The translations under genes were made by a program, and so were the position numbers. The notes under the pieces are model-generated. The model saw only the letters and a program-made list of their open reading frames with translations, was not told where the DNA came from and did no database searches. From an uncultured Spirochaetota bacterium (GTDB taxonomy: Bacteria > Spirochaetota > Spirochaetia > SZUA-6 > CAVTHK01), in contig CAVTHK010000001.1 in NCBI GenBank assembly GCA_963734495.1, forward strand, positions 480,001 through 544,000: a DNA stretch of 64,000 nucleotides. Reading direction: 5' to 3'. Positions 1 through 9,091 of the stretch are shown here, one piece after another (position 1 is the first letter of the stretch; every line of letters starts with the position of its first letter).

Positions 1-1179
1 ATCGCGCGCGCCAGGGGCTCGCGCATCTGGGACGTGGACGGCAGGGAGTACATCGACTACGTCTGCTCGTGGGGGCCGCTGATCCTGGGCCACGCGCCCG
101 ACTCCGTGGTGGCGCGCGTCGCGGAGGCCGCGGCCGCGGGCACCAGCTACGGCGCGACCACCGAGCGCGAGCTGGTCATGGCCCGCGCGATCCGCGACAG
201 GTTCCCGTCGATGGAGATGGTGCGGATGGTGAGCTCGGGCACCGAGGCGACCATGAGCGCCGTGCGCCTCGCGCGCGGCGCAACGGGCCGCGAGCGCATC
301 ATCAAGCTCGCGGGCTGCTATCACGGGCACGCGGACTCGTTCCTGATCGAAGCGGGCTCCGGGGTCATGACCCTCGGGATCCCGGGGAGCCCGGGCGTCA
401 CCGCCGGCACCGCGCGCGACACGCTGGTCGGCAGGTTCAACGACCTCGCGTCCGTGGAAAGGCTCGTCGAATCGAACCGCGGCGAGATCGCCGCCCTGAT
501 CCTCGAGCCGGTCATGGGCAACGTCGGTGTCGTGGCCCCGGCGCCGGGATTCCTCGAAGGCGTCCGGAAGCTCACGAAGGCCGAAGGGATCGTGCTGATC
601 TTCGACGAGGTGATCACCGGTTTCCGCGTCGCTCCGGGGGGCGCCCAGGCGCTCTACGGAATCCGCCCGGACCTGACGTGTCTCGGCAAGATCATCGGAG
701 GCGGCCTTCCCGTGGGCGCCTTTGGCGGACGGCGCGACCTGATGGAGCAGCTCGCTCCCGCCGGCCCCGTCTACCAGGCGGGGACCCTCTCGGGCAATCC
801 TCTTGCCCTTGCCGCGGGCCTCGCCACGCTCGAAGCCCTGGGAGCGCCGGGCGTCTACGAGAAGCTCGAGCGCACGGCCGCGGACCTCGAGGCGGGCGCG
901 CGCGCGGCGCTGCGCTCGGCGAAGCGATCTTTTCAGATCAACCGCGTAGGCTCGATGATGAGCCTCTTCTTCACCGAGCAGCCGGTCACCGACTACGCGT
1001 CGGCAAAGACGAGCGACACGCGGCTGTTCGCAGCCTGGTTCCGCGCGATGCTCGAGCGCGGGATCTATCTCGCGCCCTCGCAGTTCGAGGCCGCCTTCGT
1101 CTCGCTGGCCCACACCCCGGAGGACATCTCGCGCACCGCCGACGCGGCGGCCGCCTCGCTCGTGGACGCGCTGCGGTAG
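1..1179 (+). CDS. hemL: Glutamate-1-semialdehyde 2,1-aminomutase (5' end outside window)
   Basis: Frame is open from base 1; motifs [44 protein letters not shown], the PLP-lysine motif [10 protein letters not shown] and [10 protein letters not shown]. Confidence 0.97.
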   Translation: MARARGSRIWDVDGREYIDYVCSWGPLILGHAPDSVVARVAEAAAAGTSYGATTERELVMARAIRDRFPSMEMVRMVSSGTEATMSAVRLARGATGRERIIKLAGCYHGHADSFLIEAGSGVMTLGIPGSPGVTAGTARDTLVGRFNDLASVERLVESNRGEIAALILEPVMGNVGVVAPAPGFLEGVRKLTKAEGIVLIFDEVITGFRVAPGGAQALYGIRPDLTCLGKIIGGGLPVGAFGGRRDLMEQLAPAGPVYQAGTLSGNPLALAAGLATLEALGAPGVYEKLERTAADLEAGARAALRSAKRSFQINRVGSMMSLFFTEQPVTDYASAKTSDTRLFAAWFRAMLERGIYLAPSQFEAAFVSLAHTPEDISRTADAAAASLVDALR

Positions 1180-1195
1180 GTCGGCCGCGGCGCTT

Positions 1196-1960
1196 CTACG
1201 GATCGAAGGGCAGGCCTTGCGGCCAGACGTCCTCCGGCTCGTAGCCGATCGTCTCGCGCGCGGGAGCGAGGTCGAGCCGCTCCATCCTGGCCGGCCGGCT
1301 CGTAGCGAACAGGATCACGGACCGGCCGGGTTCCGGCGCCTGCGACTCGACGCAGCGCTCGAAGAAACGGGCCGCGTCGTCGTGGCTGAGAAAGATGTCC
1401 CGCCCGTGCGGGGACGCCACGAGCGCGGCCGCTTCGCGCTGGTTTCGGGGCAGCCAGCCGATGCGGACGCTGATGACCGAAAGGCCGTGGACGCGGGCGT
1501 ACATTTCGCCCATCTGCTCGGCCCAGACCTTGGCCAGCGCGTAGTGGTTGACGGGGGCCGGGCCGTCCTCGACCCGCACGAGGCCTCCTCGGTGGAGGTG
1601 CGCCGTCACGGCCTGGACGCTGCTGGCCAGGACGAGCCGCCGCACGCCGGACTCCCGCGCGGCGTCGCAGATGTGGAAGAGCCCGCGCACGTTCGGCTCG
1701 AGCAGCACGCCGATGAAATCGGCGTCGTTGGGGTACGCCCCGAGGTGGATGACCGTGTCCATCCCCTCGACGGCCGCCCGCACCTTGTCGCGGTCGCTCA
1801 GGTCGCCCGCGATGTGATCCGGAACGCCGGGTGTGGGCCGGCGGGCGAAGCCGCGCACGTGATGCCCGCGGGCGATGAGGCGCTGGCAGACCGGCTGTCC
1901 GATCGCGCCGGTCGAGCCGGTCACCAGCACGCGCCTGGGCACGCCCGCCGGCTGGATCAT
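1196..1960 (-). CDS. NAD(P)-dependent epimerase/dehydratase family (uronate dehydrogenase-like)
   Basis: VLVTGSTGAIG Rossmann motif, ASS, catalytic YxxxK (YALAK), SVRIG; start taken at ATG 1960 (MIQPAG). Confidence 0.85.
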   Translation of the reverse strand: MIQPAGVPRRVLVTGSTGAIGQPVCQRLIARGHHVRGFARRPTPGVPDHIAGDLSDRDKVRAAVEGMDTVIHLGAYPNDADFIGVLLEPNVRGLFHICDAARESGVRRLVLASSVQAVTAHLHRGGLVRVEDGPAPVNHYALAKVWAEQMGEMYARVHGLSVISVRIGWLPRNQREAAALVASPHGRDIFLSHDDAARFFERCVESQAPEPGRSVILFATSRPARMERLDLAPARETIGYEPEDVWPQGLPFDP

Positions 1961-1985
1961 CACCCGCTGCCGGCCCGCTGCCGCG

Positions 1986-2435
1986 TCAGGGGAGCCCGTA
2001 GACCGTGATCGTGGCGCGGCCGCGCCCCCGTTCGTCGTTGCCGCGCCCGCGTTCCCGGTCGGGCCGGCCCCGGTCGTCCTCGATCGGCCGGTAGAACATG
2101 CGCACTTCGCGCACGTCGCCGTCCCTGCGGACATTGAGGTCGCGGGAATGCACGTCGCCGCTGAACCGCCAGCGTACGTTGACGGTCTCCTGCGCGCCGC
2201 TGCGGTAGACCAGGACGACCCGGTAGACCTCGATCGGGTACGCCGCGGCCACGAACCGCAGGCCGCGGTAGCGCGCGGTCGTCTGCGGGACCACGATCAC
2301 CCGGGAGTCGTCGCTCGCGACGACCTCGCCGGAAAAGATCAGGGCGCCGCCCCCGCCGCTCACCTCGGGGCCGAGGATCAGGCAGCCGGCCAGCGCCGCG
2401 GCGAGCACCGAAGCTATCAGCAGCCATCTCACCAT
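1986..2435 (-). CDS. Predicted lipoprotein, DUF2541-like beta-sandwich
   Basis: GAGGAG RBS before ATG 2435; signal peptide with lipobox LAGC; beta-rich pattern ending RATITVYGL resembles DUF2541 (from memory, not searched). Confidence 0.6.
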   Translation of the reverse strand: MVRWLLIASVLAAALAGCLILGPEVSGGGGALIFSGEVVASDDSRVIVVPQTTARYRGLRFVAAAYPIEVYRVVLVYRSGAQETVNVRWRFSGDVHSRDLNVRRDGDVREVRMFYRPIEDDRGRPDRERGRGNDERGRGRATITVYGLP

Positions 2436-2464
2436 GGCATCATCTCCTCGACGAAGAATACGTC

Positions 2465-2626
2465 TCAGTACTGGACTGTATCCCGTTTCATCATGCGCCG
2501 CAGGCCGAGGGTGAGCCCCATGCAGAGCACGAAGATCACGACCGCGACGACCGCGCCGTCGCCGGCGAACACCGTGAGCGATACGAACAGCAGCAGGGCG
2601 ATCGCGAAGGAAGCCCTTGCTCGCAT
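2465..2626 (-). CDS. Small (53 aa) two-helix membrane protein, not in the ORF track
   Basis: GAGAGGTG RBS; MRARASFAIALLLFVSLTVFAGDGAVVAVVIFVLCMGLTLGLRRMMKRDTVQY*; GC3-rich codons. Confidence 0.6.
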   Translation of the reverse strand: MRARASFAIALLLFVSLTVFAGDGAVVAVVIFVLCMGLTLGLRRMMKRDTVQY

Positions 2627-2906
2627 AGAACACCTCTCGAGTCACGAGTGCGCGCCCGTCGGCGGGGCGCGTTGCCCGGGCGCGGCCCCAGCGCCCGGGC
2701 CGACCGAAGCGCCCGGACGACTCACCTGTCGCAGGGCCGACAGGCTCCTGGCACAAAGGTAATGTCGCGGGTTCGGGGTCGACCACGCGGGAGTGCCCGC
2801 GGCCCGGGCGCGGCGGTATCAGCGTCGGCGCGTTTACCGCGGAACCTGATCTGCTGGCCGGGCGCGGCGGGTGTCGGTATGTTTGCGCACGTCATGAGGC
2901 GGCGAC

Positions 2907-3160
2907 ATGCCCAACACGTTGCTCAAGGACGCAGGCTTCGCCCGGCTGAAGTCTGCGCCGCATGGCGCGGTGATAGCGCCGGAGGACCCGGAGTACTACG
3001 AGGCCCGCAGGGTGTGGAACGGGATGGTCGACCGGCGCCCGGTGCTGACCGTGAGGTGCGCGGGCTCGTCGGATGTGGTGTCAGCGGTGCGGTACGCCCG
3101 CGAGCACGACCTGCTCGTTTCGGTCCGCGGCGGGGGTCACCACGTGGCGGGGCGGGGATC
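2907..3160 (+). pseudogene. N-terminal fragment of an FAD-binding (FAD_binding_4 / BBE-like) oxidoreductase
   Basis: YYEARRVWNGMVDRRP...DVVSAVRYAREHDLLVSVRGGGHHVAG; similarity stops after about 85 codons, while the family is normally much longer. Confidence 0.8.
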
Positions 3161-3204
3161 AGGCCGGAGGCGTAACCAAGACAGGTGCGAGAGAGGAGCT
3201 GTCC

Positions 3205-3633
3205 ATGAAAAAGCCCGTCCCGGTGGAATCCGCCGCTGCACTCATCGAGGGGAAGATCAAGGAACTTGGGGACTGGCGCGGGAAGATGCTCGCGAAAGTG
3301 CGCGAAATCATACACGAGGCAGACCCTGAGATCGTCGAAGAGTGGAAGTGGATGGGGACTCCCGTCTGGTCCCACGGCGGCCTCGTCTGCACGGGAGAGA
3401 CGTACAAGAACGTCGTCAAGATGACATTTTCCAGGGGAGCTGCGTTGAAGGACCCTTCAGGTCTATTCAACTCCAGCCTCGACGGGAATGCCAGGCGCGC
3501 CATCGACATCCACGAAGGCGACAAGGTCGATGAGGCGGCCTTGAAGGATCTCATCCGCGCTGCAGTGGCGCTCAATCTCAAGGGCAAGAGCAAGCCGAAG
3601 CCCCGGCGAGCGAGCAGCAAGCGGGGCGACTAG
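3205..3633 (+). CDS. DUF1801 (YdhG/YdeI-like) domain protein
   Basis: GAGAGGAG RBS; DWRG...IHEADPEIVEEWKWMGTPVWSH...LFNSSLDGNARRAIDI. Confidence 0.9.
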   Translation: MKKPVPVESAAALIEGKIKELGDWRGKMLAKVREIIHEADPEIVEEWKWMGTPVWSHGGLVCTGETYKNVVKMTFSRGAALKDPSGLFNSSLDGNARRAIDIHEGDKVDEAALKDLIRAAVALNLKGKSKPKPRRASSKRGD

Positions 3634-3785
3634 CTTCATCGCGGGTCCCGGCCATATCTCCTCCCATAGGGGAAGAGCTTCGGCGCCTGCCTCCCGTCCG
3701 CCGCCGCGTTACCGATGAGGCGGGATTTGACTCGAGGCGGCGGGCGTGCGGTCCCGAGCGCCCGGTCCCGAGCGCCGGCTCCCCG

Positions 3786-3995
3786 CTATTTCTTCTTGCC
3801 CGAGGGGCGCAGCTTCGCCATGATCTGCTCCACCGCGTCGTTCTTGCCGCCGCCTACCTTCTCGATAAAGGTGGCCATCGCCTCGATCATGCCGTCGTTG
3901 ACGGTCACGTTCTTCATCGCGCAGAAGCCCTTGAATATGCTGTGCAGCTGGACGGGGATGTCCTTGACCAGCAGATCCATCTTTTCCGCCGCCAT
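3786..3995 (-). CDS. 69-aa putative ribbon-helix-helix DNA-binding protein
   Basis: AGGAGG RBS; LLVKDIPVQLHSIFKGFCAMKNVTVNDGMIEAM fits the beta-strand/helix/turn/helix pattern of Arc/ParG/FitA-like proteins. Confidence 0.6.
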   Translation of the reverse strand: MAAEKMDLLVKDIPVQLHSIFKGFCAMKNVTVNDGMIEAMATFIEKVGGGKNDAVEQIMAKLRPSGKKK

Positions 3996-4008
3996 GCGTC
4001 CCTCCTAT

Positions 4009-4117
4009 GACTTGGCGTCTTCGCCAAGTCCCAAGTCCCGAGTCATCGAGGGGCCCTCCGTGGCGTCCTCGCCAAGTCCCAAGCCTCAAGTCTCCGAGGG
4101 GCCCGGTGCTCCAAGTG
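4009..4117. repeat. Two 44-bp direct repeats (48-bp period), each containing three CCAAGTC-like heptads
   Basis: Units 4013-4056 and 4061-4104; heptads at 4024, 4031, 4038, 4072, 4079, 4086 and 4111; inverted repeat GACTTGGCG-N4-CGCCAAGTC at 4009-4030. Confidence 0.9.
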
Positions 4118-4196
4118 TCACGCCGGATTTTACCACCGGCAGCCTCGATTCACCGCGACGGCGCGCGGCGTCTGACAGCGCGCCGCGCGCCGCGTC

Positions 4197-5738
4197 CTAC
4201 CACGCCCCTCCCCTCACGGCGATCGCCCGCACCGCCTCGATGGTGTCCGCCTCCCCGGCGCGCTTGTCAGGCCGGTAACGCTTGACCCGCGCGAAGCGAA
4301 GCGCCACGCCGCCCGCATAGTGCGGGCTCGCCTGCACGCCGTCAAAGGAGACCTCGACCACGAGCTCCGGCCGAACGAATACCACGTGCCCTTCCTCCGC
4401 GACCTTGAGCTCCATGAGCCGCCGGGTCTGCCACTCGAGCATCTCATCGGTCATGCCCTTGTAGGTCTTCCCGAGCATGACCGTCCCGCCCGTCGCGGGA
4501 TCGCGCGCTCCCAGGTGAATGTTGCTGAGCAGACCGCGCCGCCGCCCGCTCCCCCACTCGACCGCCAGCACGATCAGGTCGAGGGTGTGATGCGGCTTGA
4601 GCTTGAGCCACCCCTCGCCGCGCCTGCCCGCCTCGTAGAGGGCGTCGAGCGACTTGGCCATCACGCCCTCGTGCCCCGCGGCGACCGCGCGCGAGAGGAA
4701 CGCCTCCGCCTCGTCCGCGGAGGCGGTGACCAGGCGCGGGATGACTGCCGGGGCCGGGGCTGCCTCCGCCAGCGCCTCGAAGCGCTCGCGGGCGGGCCGG
4801 TCGATCAGGTCGCGACCCTCCAGATGAAGACAATCGAAAAAGAAGGCGGACAGCGGCAGTTCCCTCCGCAGCGCCTCGACGTCGCTCCTGCGGCCGAAGC
4901 GCCGCATGCTCACCTGGAACGGAGCCGGCCTCCCGTCGCGCCCGATCACGAGGACCTCGCCGTCGAGCACGAGGCTCGAGGCCGGGTAGGCCCGCACAGC
5001 CTCGACGAGCTCGGGCACGGCCGCGCTCACCTCGTTGAGGTTGCGGGTAAAGACCCGCACCTCGTCCCCGAGCCTGTGCACCTGGACCCTCGCGCCGTCG
5101 AGCTTGTGCTCAAAGGCGGCGCGCTCGAAGCCCGCCAGCGCCTCTTCGGCGCTCGCGGCGCTCTGCGCCAGCATCGGCTGCAGCGGCGAGAGCACCCGCA
5201 GCCGGAACTCGGCCAGCGCCGCCTCGCCGCGCGCGAGCACCGCGGCCGCCACGAGCCGCGCGCGGCCCGCGAGCATGCAGGCGCGGCGGACGGAGTCGGC
5301 GGGAAGCGCCGCGGCGCGGGCCAGGGCCTCGACCATCACGCCCTCCTGCGCGCCCTGCCGGAGCCCGCCAAGCAGCAGGCGCAGCAGGAAATCCTGCTCC
5401 TCCGCGGTCGCCCGCTCGAGCAGCGCGCGCAGGTCGGTCCGGCGGCGCTCCTGCGCCCCCTTGCCGCCGATGGCGGCCATGCGCTCGAGCGCGTCATTCA
5501 CCTCGGTCACGGTGAGCGCGGCGTCGGCTGCCGCGGAGGCGGGCTTCGCATCGAGCGCCGTCGCGTAGCCGAGGCCGATGCGGCCCTGCGCGGTCTCGCC
5601 GGAGAGCCACGCGAAGCCCGGCTCGATTTCGCGTCCGCGCAGGCGGCGGAGCAAGTCGGCGAGCAGCCGGATCTTGCCCAGGCGCGAAGGCTCGGCGGCC
5701 ACGAGCCGCGAGGTCTCGACTATGTCGCGAATCCGCAT
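4197..5738 (-). CDS. ATP-dependent DNA ligase (LigB-like)
   Basis: PMLA, motif I EHKLDG, LDGE, FDCL, EGVMAK, YEAGRRGEGWLKLK and ALRFARV; true start ATG 5738 (the 747-aa track ORF is over-extended). Confidence 0.95.
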   Translation of the reverse strand: MRIRDIVETSRLVAAEPSRLGKIRLLADLLRRLRGREIEPGFAWLSGETAQGRIGLGYATALDAKPASAAADAALTVTEVNDALERMAAIGGKGAQERRRTDLRALLERATAEEQDFLLRLLLGGLRQGAQEGVMVEALARAAALPADSVRRACMLAGRARLVAAAVLARGEAALAEFRLRVLSPLQPMLAQSAASAEEALAGFERAAFEHKLDGARVQVHRLGDEVRVFTRNLNEVSAAVPELVEAVRAYPASSLVLDGEVLVIGRDGRPAPFQVSMRRFGRRSDVEALRRELPLSAFFFDCLHLEGRDLIDRPARERFEALAEAAPAPAVIPRLVTASADEAEAFLSRAVAAGHEGVMAKSLDALYEAGRRGEGWLKLKPHHTLDLIVLAVEWGSGRRRGLLSNIHLGARDPATGGTVMLGKTYKGMTDEMLEWQTRRLMELKVAEEGHVVFVRPELVVEVSFDGVQASPHYAGGVALRFARVKRYRPDKRAGEADTIEAVRAIAVRGGAW

Positions 5739-5930
5739 CGCGTGATCCCTGCGTCCAGTATAAGTCGGGAGCGGGCTCCGCAGCAGGTGGATGCCGAAGG
5801 CGGCTGTCGCTATCCTCGGCGGGAGCCGCGCGCCGCCGCGGTCCGCCACCCGACAGCGGAGCGCAATCAATGGCGGGCCGCGACGCGACGATTCCGGTAA
5901 GATCGGGGTCAGGACGAAGGAGGGAGCCCC

Positions 5931-6824
5931 ATCAACTGGCAGGAGCGGATGGAAGCCGCCGTCGAGTACCTCGAGGGAAGCCTGGAAGGGGAGATCGAAT
6001 CCGGCAGGGCCGCGGCCGAGGCCAACTGCTCGACCTTCCATTTCCTGAGGATGTTCGAGGTGGTCACCGGGGTGACGGTCGGCGAGTACGTGAGGCGCCG
6101 GCGTCTCAGCCGCGCCGCCCTGGAGCTCTGCGCGGGCGAAGCGCGCGTGACCGAGCTGGCGCTCCGCCTGGGGTACGAGTCGCCCGATGCGTTCACCCGA
6201 GCCTTCAAGCGCGAGTTCGGCGTGACGCCGAGCGAGGCGCGGAAGGAAGGCGTGCACCTGCGGATGTGGCCGAGGCTGTCCTTTTCCGTCGTCCTCAAGG
6301 GAGATGCAGCCATGGAGTTCAGGATCGAGCGGCGCGGCGAGATGGTCCTTGCGGGCCTCGCGTTCCGCGCGAGCACGGACGGCGGAGCGAATCTCCGCGA
6401 GATCCCCGCGTTCTGGGAGGAGTGCCACCGGAAGGGGCACGTGGAAGCCCTCGGCCGCGCGATGAACAGAGACAGCACGATGGCCATCATGGGCGTGTGC
6501 GTGAACGATTACGACGAGGCGACCAGGTCATTCACGTACCTCGTCGGGATCGAGCGGCCGAGGGAAGCGAGGGCGCGCAAGGCGCTGCCGCCGGGGTGCC
6601 GGGAGATCCCGGTGGCCGCGGGGACCTGGGCCGTGTTCCCGTCGCGCGGGCCGCTGCCTGGCGCGATCCAGGAGGTCTGGAAGCGCATCTACTCGGAGTG
6701 GTTCCCGACGTCGGGCTACGAGCACGCGGACAGGCCGGACCTGGAGGTGTACCCGACGGGCAACACGTCGGCGGCGGATTACATCTGCGAGGTCTGGCTC
6801 CCGGTAAGGAAGGCGGGGACCTGA
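5931..6824 (+). CDS. AraC-family regulator with GyrI-like effector-binding domain
   Basis: EYVRRRRLSRAA...GYESPDAFTRAFKREFGVTPSEAR HTH; C-terminal IYSEWFPTSGY...EVWLPV; start is ATC 5931 or ATG 5949. Confidence 0.93.
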   Translation: MNWQERMEAAVEYLEGSLEGEIESGRAAAEANCSTFHFLRMFEVVTGVTVGEYVRRRRLSRAALELCAGEARVTELALRLGYESPDAFTRAFKREFGVTPSEARKEGVHLRMWPRLSFSVVLKGDAAMEFRIERRGEMVLAGLAFRASTDGGANLREIPAFWEECHRKGHVEALGRAMNRDSTMAIMGVCVNDYDEATRSFTYLVGIERPREARARKALPPGCREIPVAAGTWAVFPSRGPLPGAIQEVWKRIYSEWFPTSGYEHADRPDLEVYPTGNTSAADYICEVWLPVRKAGT

Positions 6825-6932
6825 GGCCGCCCGCTCGCTCGGTCCGTCCTTTTCTGGTACTATCGATCCGTCGCCGGGCAGATCCCCACGGTGCGCCTGC
6901 CGGCCTGCCCGGGGCAAAAAGGAGGGCGTGAC

Positions 6933-8102
6933 ATGCGCTTGAGGAAGCTCGGTGCGTTCGCAGTCGGCCTGGCGTTCCTGGCCTGCGGGTGGACGGTCTT
7001 CGGGACCGGCACCACGGAAAAGGTGGTCAAGATCGCGTTCATCGGCCCGCTCACGGGACCGAACGCGGCGGTCGGCATCGGCGCGAAGAACTCGTTCGAG
7101 CTCAAGGTCAACGAAGTCACCGGGAAGGGCGACTTCCCCTACAAGGTCCAGGTGGTCTACGAGGACGACGCTTCGGACCCGGCCACGGGTGTGGCCGCGG
7201 CCAACAAGGTCTGCTCGGACCCGGACGTGGTCGCTGCAGGCACGCACTGGAACAGCCCGGTGGGGCTCGCGACCGTTCACGTGTTCCACAAATTCGGCGT
7301 GGCCCAGGTGCTCTGGGGCACGATCCACCCCGATATCACTTACAAGAACAACTACCCCGAGGTCACCCGGGTGATCCCCATGAGCGTCATGCAGAACGAG
7401 CGCGCCGCAGAGCTCAGCGTCAAGGAGTTCGGCAGGAAGCGCTGGGTCATCATCCACGACACGACCGACTACGGCACCAAGAACCGGGACGAGATGGCCG
7501 CCGCGCTCAAGAAGCGGGGCGCCGACATCGTCGGCACCTTCGGGGTCACGGTCGGGCAGCAGGACTACATGGGGATCCTCACCAAGGTAAAGGACCTGGC
7601 TCCCGAGGCGATCTACTACGGGGGTGTCGTCACCGAGAGCGCCCTGATCCGCACCCAGGCGGCCAAGGTCGGCCTCAGCAGGATCCTCTACATCGGCATG
7701 GCGGGCATGCAGTCCGACACCTTCGGCAAGATCGCGGGCGCGGTCGCCGAGGGCAGCTTCTGCTCGAGCACCTTCGACATCTCCGCCTCCGCCGTCGGGC
7801 AGGCGTTCGAGAAGTCCTACTACGCGAAGTACAAGGAGCCGTACGAGCAGAACGGCGCCTACTCCTACGATGCGGCGGGCGTGATCCTGCAGGCGATCAA
7901 GGCCGTCGGACCCGACCGGGGCAAGGTCGTGGAGTACATCCGCAGCCACGACTACACGGGCGTGCTCGGCCTCACGCACTTCGATGACCACGGGCAGAGC
8001 GTGACCGGCGGGCTCACGATGTACGTCAACCAGGACGGCAAGTGGGTCAATTGGGAGGACTCCGAGTTCAAGAGCGGCAAGCGCAAGCTGCCCTGGCAGT
8101 AG
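6933..8102 (+). CDS. Branched-chain amino acid-type (HAAT) ABC transporter substrate-binding protein
   Basis: AAAAGGAGG RBS; KIAFIGPLTGPNA, EDDASDP, HDTTDYG, YSYDA, GVLGLTHFDDHG. Confidence 0.93.
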   Translation: MRLRKLGAFAVGLAFLACGWTVFGTGTTEKVVKIAFIGPLTGPNAAVGIGAKNSFELKVNEVTGKGDFPYKVQVVYEDDASDPATGVAAANKVCSDPDVVAAGTHWNSPVGLATVHVFHKFGVAQVLWGTIHPDITYKNNYPEVTRVIPMSVMQNERAAELSVKEFGRKRWVIIHDTTDYGTKNRDEMAAALKKRGADIVGTFGVTVGQQDYMGILTKVKDLAPEAIYYGGVVTESALIRTQAAKVGLSRILYIGMAGMQSDTFGKIAGAVAEGSFCSSTFDISASAVGQAFEKSYYAKYKEPYEQNGAYSYDAAGVILQAIKAVGPDRGKVVEYIRSHDYTGVLGLTHFDDHGQSVTGGLTMYVNQDGKWVNWEDSEFKSGKRKLPWQ

Positions 8103-8110
8103 CAGCACGA

Positions 8111-8140
8111 GCGCCGGCCGCCTCACGGGGCGGCCGGCGC
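8111..8140 (+). promoter_or_regulatory. Intercistronic GC stem-loop after the solute-binding gene
   Basis: GCGCCGGCCGCC...GGCGGCCGGCGC inverted repeat with no U-tract. Confidence 0.6.
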
Positions 8141-8170
8141 GGTTCGATGCGCTGACGCCTGCCCCCCACC

Positions 8171-9091
8171 ATGGATTTTGCCATCCAGCTCTCGGTCAGC
8201 TTTCTCATGCTCGGGTGCATGTACACCCTCGTGGCCGTGGGCTTCACCATGTATGTCGGGGTGATCAACCTGGCCAACTTCTCCCACGGCGACACCTGCG
8301 TCGTCGGCGCCTTCGTGCTGATGCCCCTGTTCCACGTGGTCACGGATCTCGGATGGGTGGGGGCCGGCGGCGCACCGGTCGTGGTTGCCCTCATCGCCGC
8401 GACCATCGCGGTCACCGGTGCCTGGGGGGCCGTCCTCTTCCGCATCGTGATCCATCCGCTGCTCCGCTCGCCGAGGCTGATCGTGCTGCTGGCGACGGTG
8501 GCCGCGGGCCAGGCGATCCGCGAAATGATCCGCGTGATCTACCCCGAAGGCAGCAACCCGCAGGTGTTCCCGCGGCTATTCCCCGAGGGAGGTCTGCATT
8601 TCGGCGCAGTGACGGTGCGATGGGAAAGCCTGATCATCCTCGCGGCGACGCTTGCGACCATCGGCCTCCTGAGCCTGTTCATCTCCCGCACCCGGTTGGG
8701 GCTCGCGATGCGCGCGGTCTCGCAGGACCCCGACGTGGCGCAGATGATGGGCATCCCGCTCGACCGGACCGTCATGGCGGTCTTTGTCGTCGGCTCCATG
8801 CTCGCGGGCCTCGCCGGCGTCATGAACGGGGCCTATTACCAGATCACGAAGTTCGACATCGGCAACAACCTCGGAATCAAGGGCTTCTCGGCTGCGGTCA
8901 TCGGCGGGCTGGGCAACATCTACGGCGCGATCGTCGGCGGCCTGCTGCTGAGCCTCGTAGAGGTCTTCACGGCCGCGCTCATCCCCGGAGGCTCGCAGTT
9001 CCAGGACGTGTTCTCGTTCCTGGTCGTGATCGTCTTTCTCGTGGTCAAGCCCTCGGGGATCCTCGGAGAGAAGGTCTATGAGAAGGTGTGA
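8171..9091 (+). CDS. livH: HAAT ABC transporter permease (LivH-like)
   Basis: INLANFSHGD, RTRLGLAMRAVSQD, KGFSAAVIGGLGNIYGA. Confidence 0.9.
   Translation: MDFAIQLSVSFLMLGCMYTLVAVGFTMYVGVINLANFSHGDTCVVGAFVLMPLFHVVTDLGWVGAGGAPVVVALIAATIAVTGAWGAVLFRIVIHPLLRSPRLIVLLATVAAGQAIREMIRVIYPEGSNPQVFPRLFPEGGLHFGAVTVRWESLIILAATLATIGLLSLFISRTRLGLAMRAVSQDPDVAQMMGIPLDRTVMAVFVVGSMLAGLAGVMNGAYYQITKFDIGNNLGIKGFSAAVIGGLGNIYGAIVGGLLLSLVEVFTAALIPGGSQFQDVFSFLVVIVFLVVKPSGILGEKVYEKV

Noticed and set aside
3160-3750. Integron cassette or IS insertion carrying DUF1801
   Set aside because: No attC-like RYYYAAC...GTTRRRY pair, terminal inverted repeats, target duplication or integrase/transposase seen
4197-6440. 747-aa ligase with a long N-terminal extension
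   Set aside because: The extension is the antisense shadow of the AraC gene; the ligase starts at 5738 after a TATACT box
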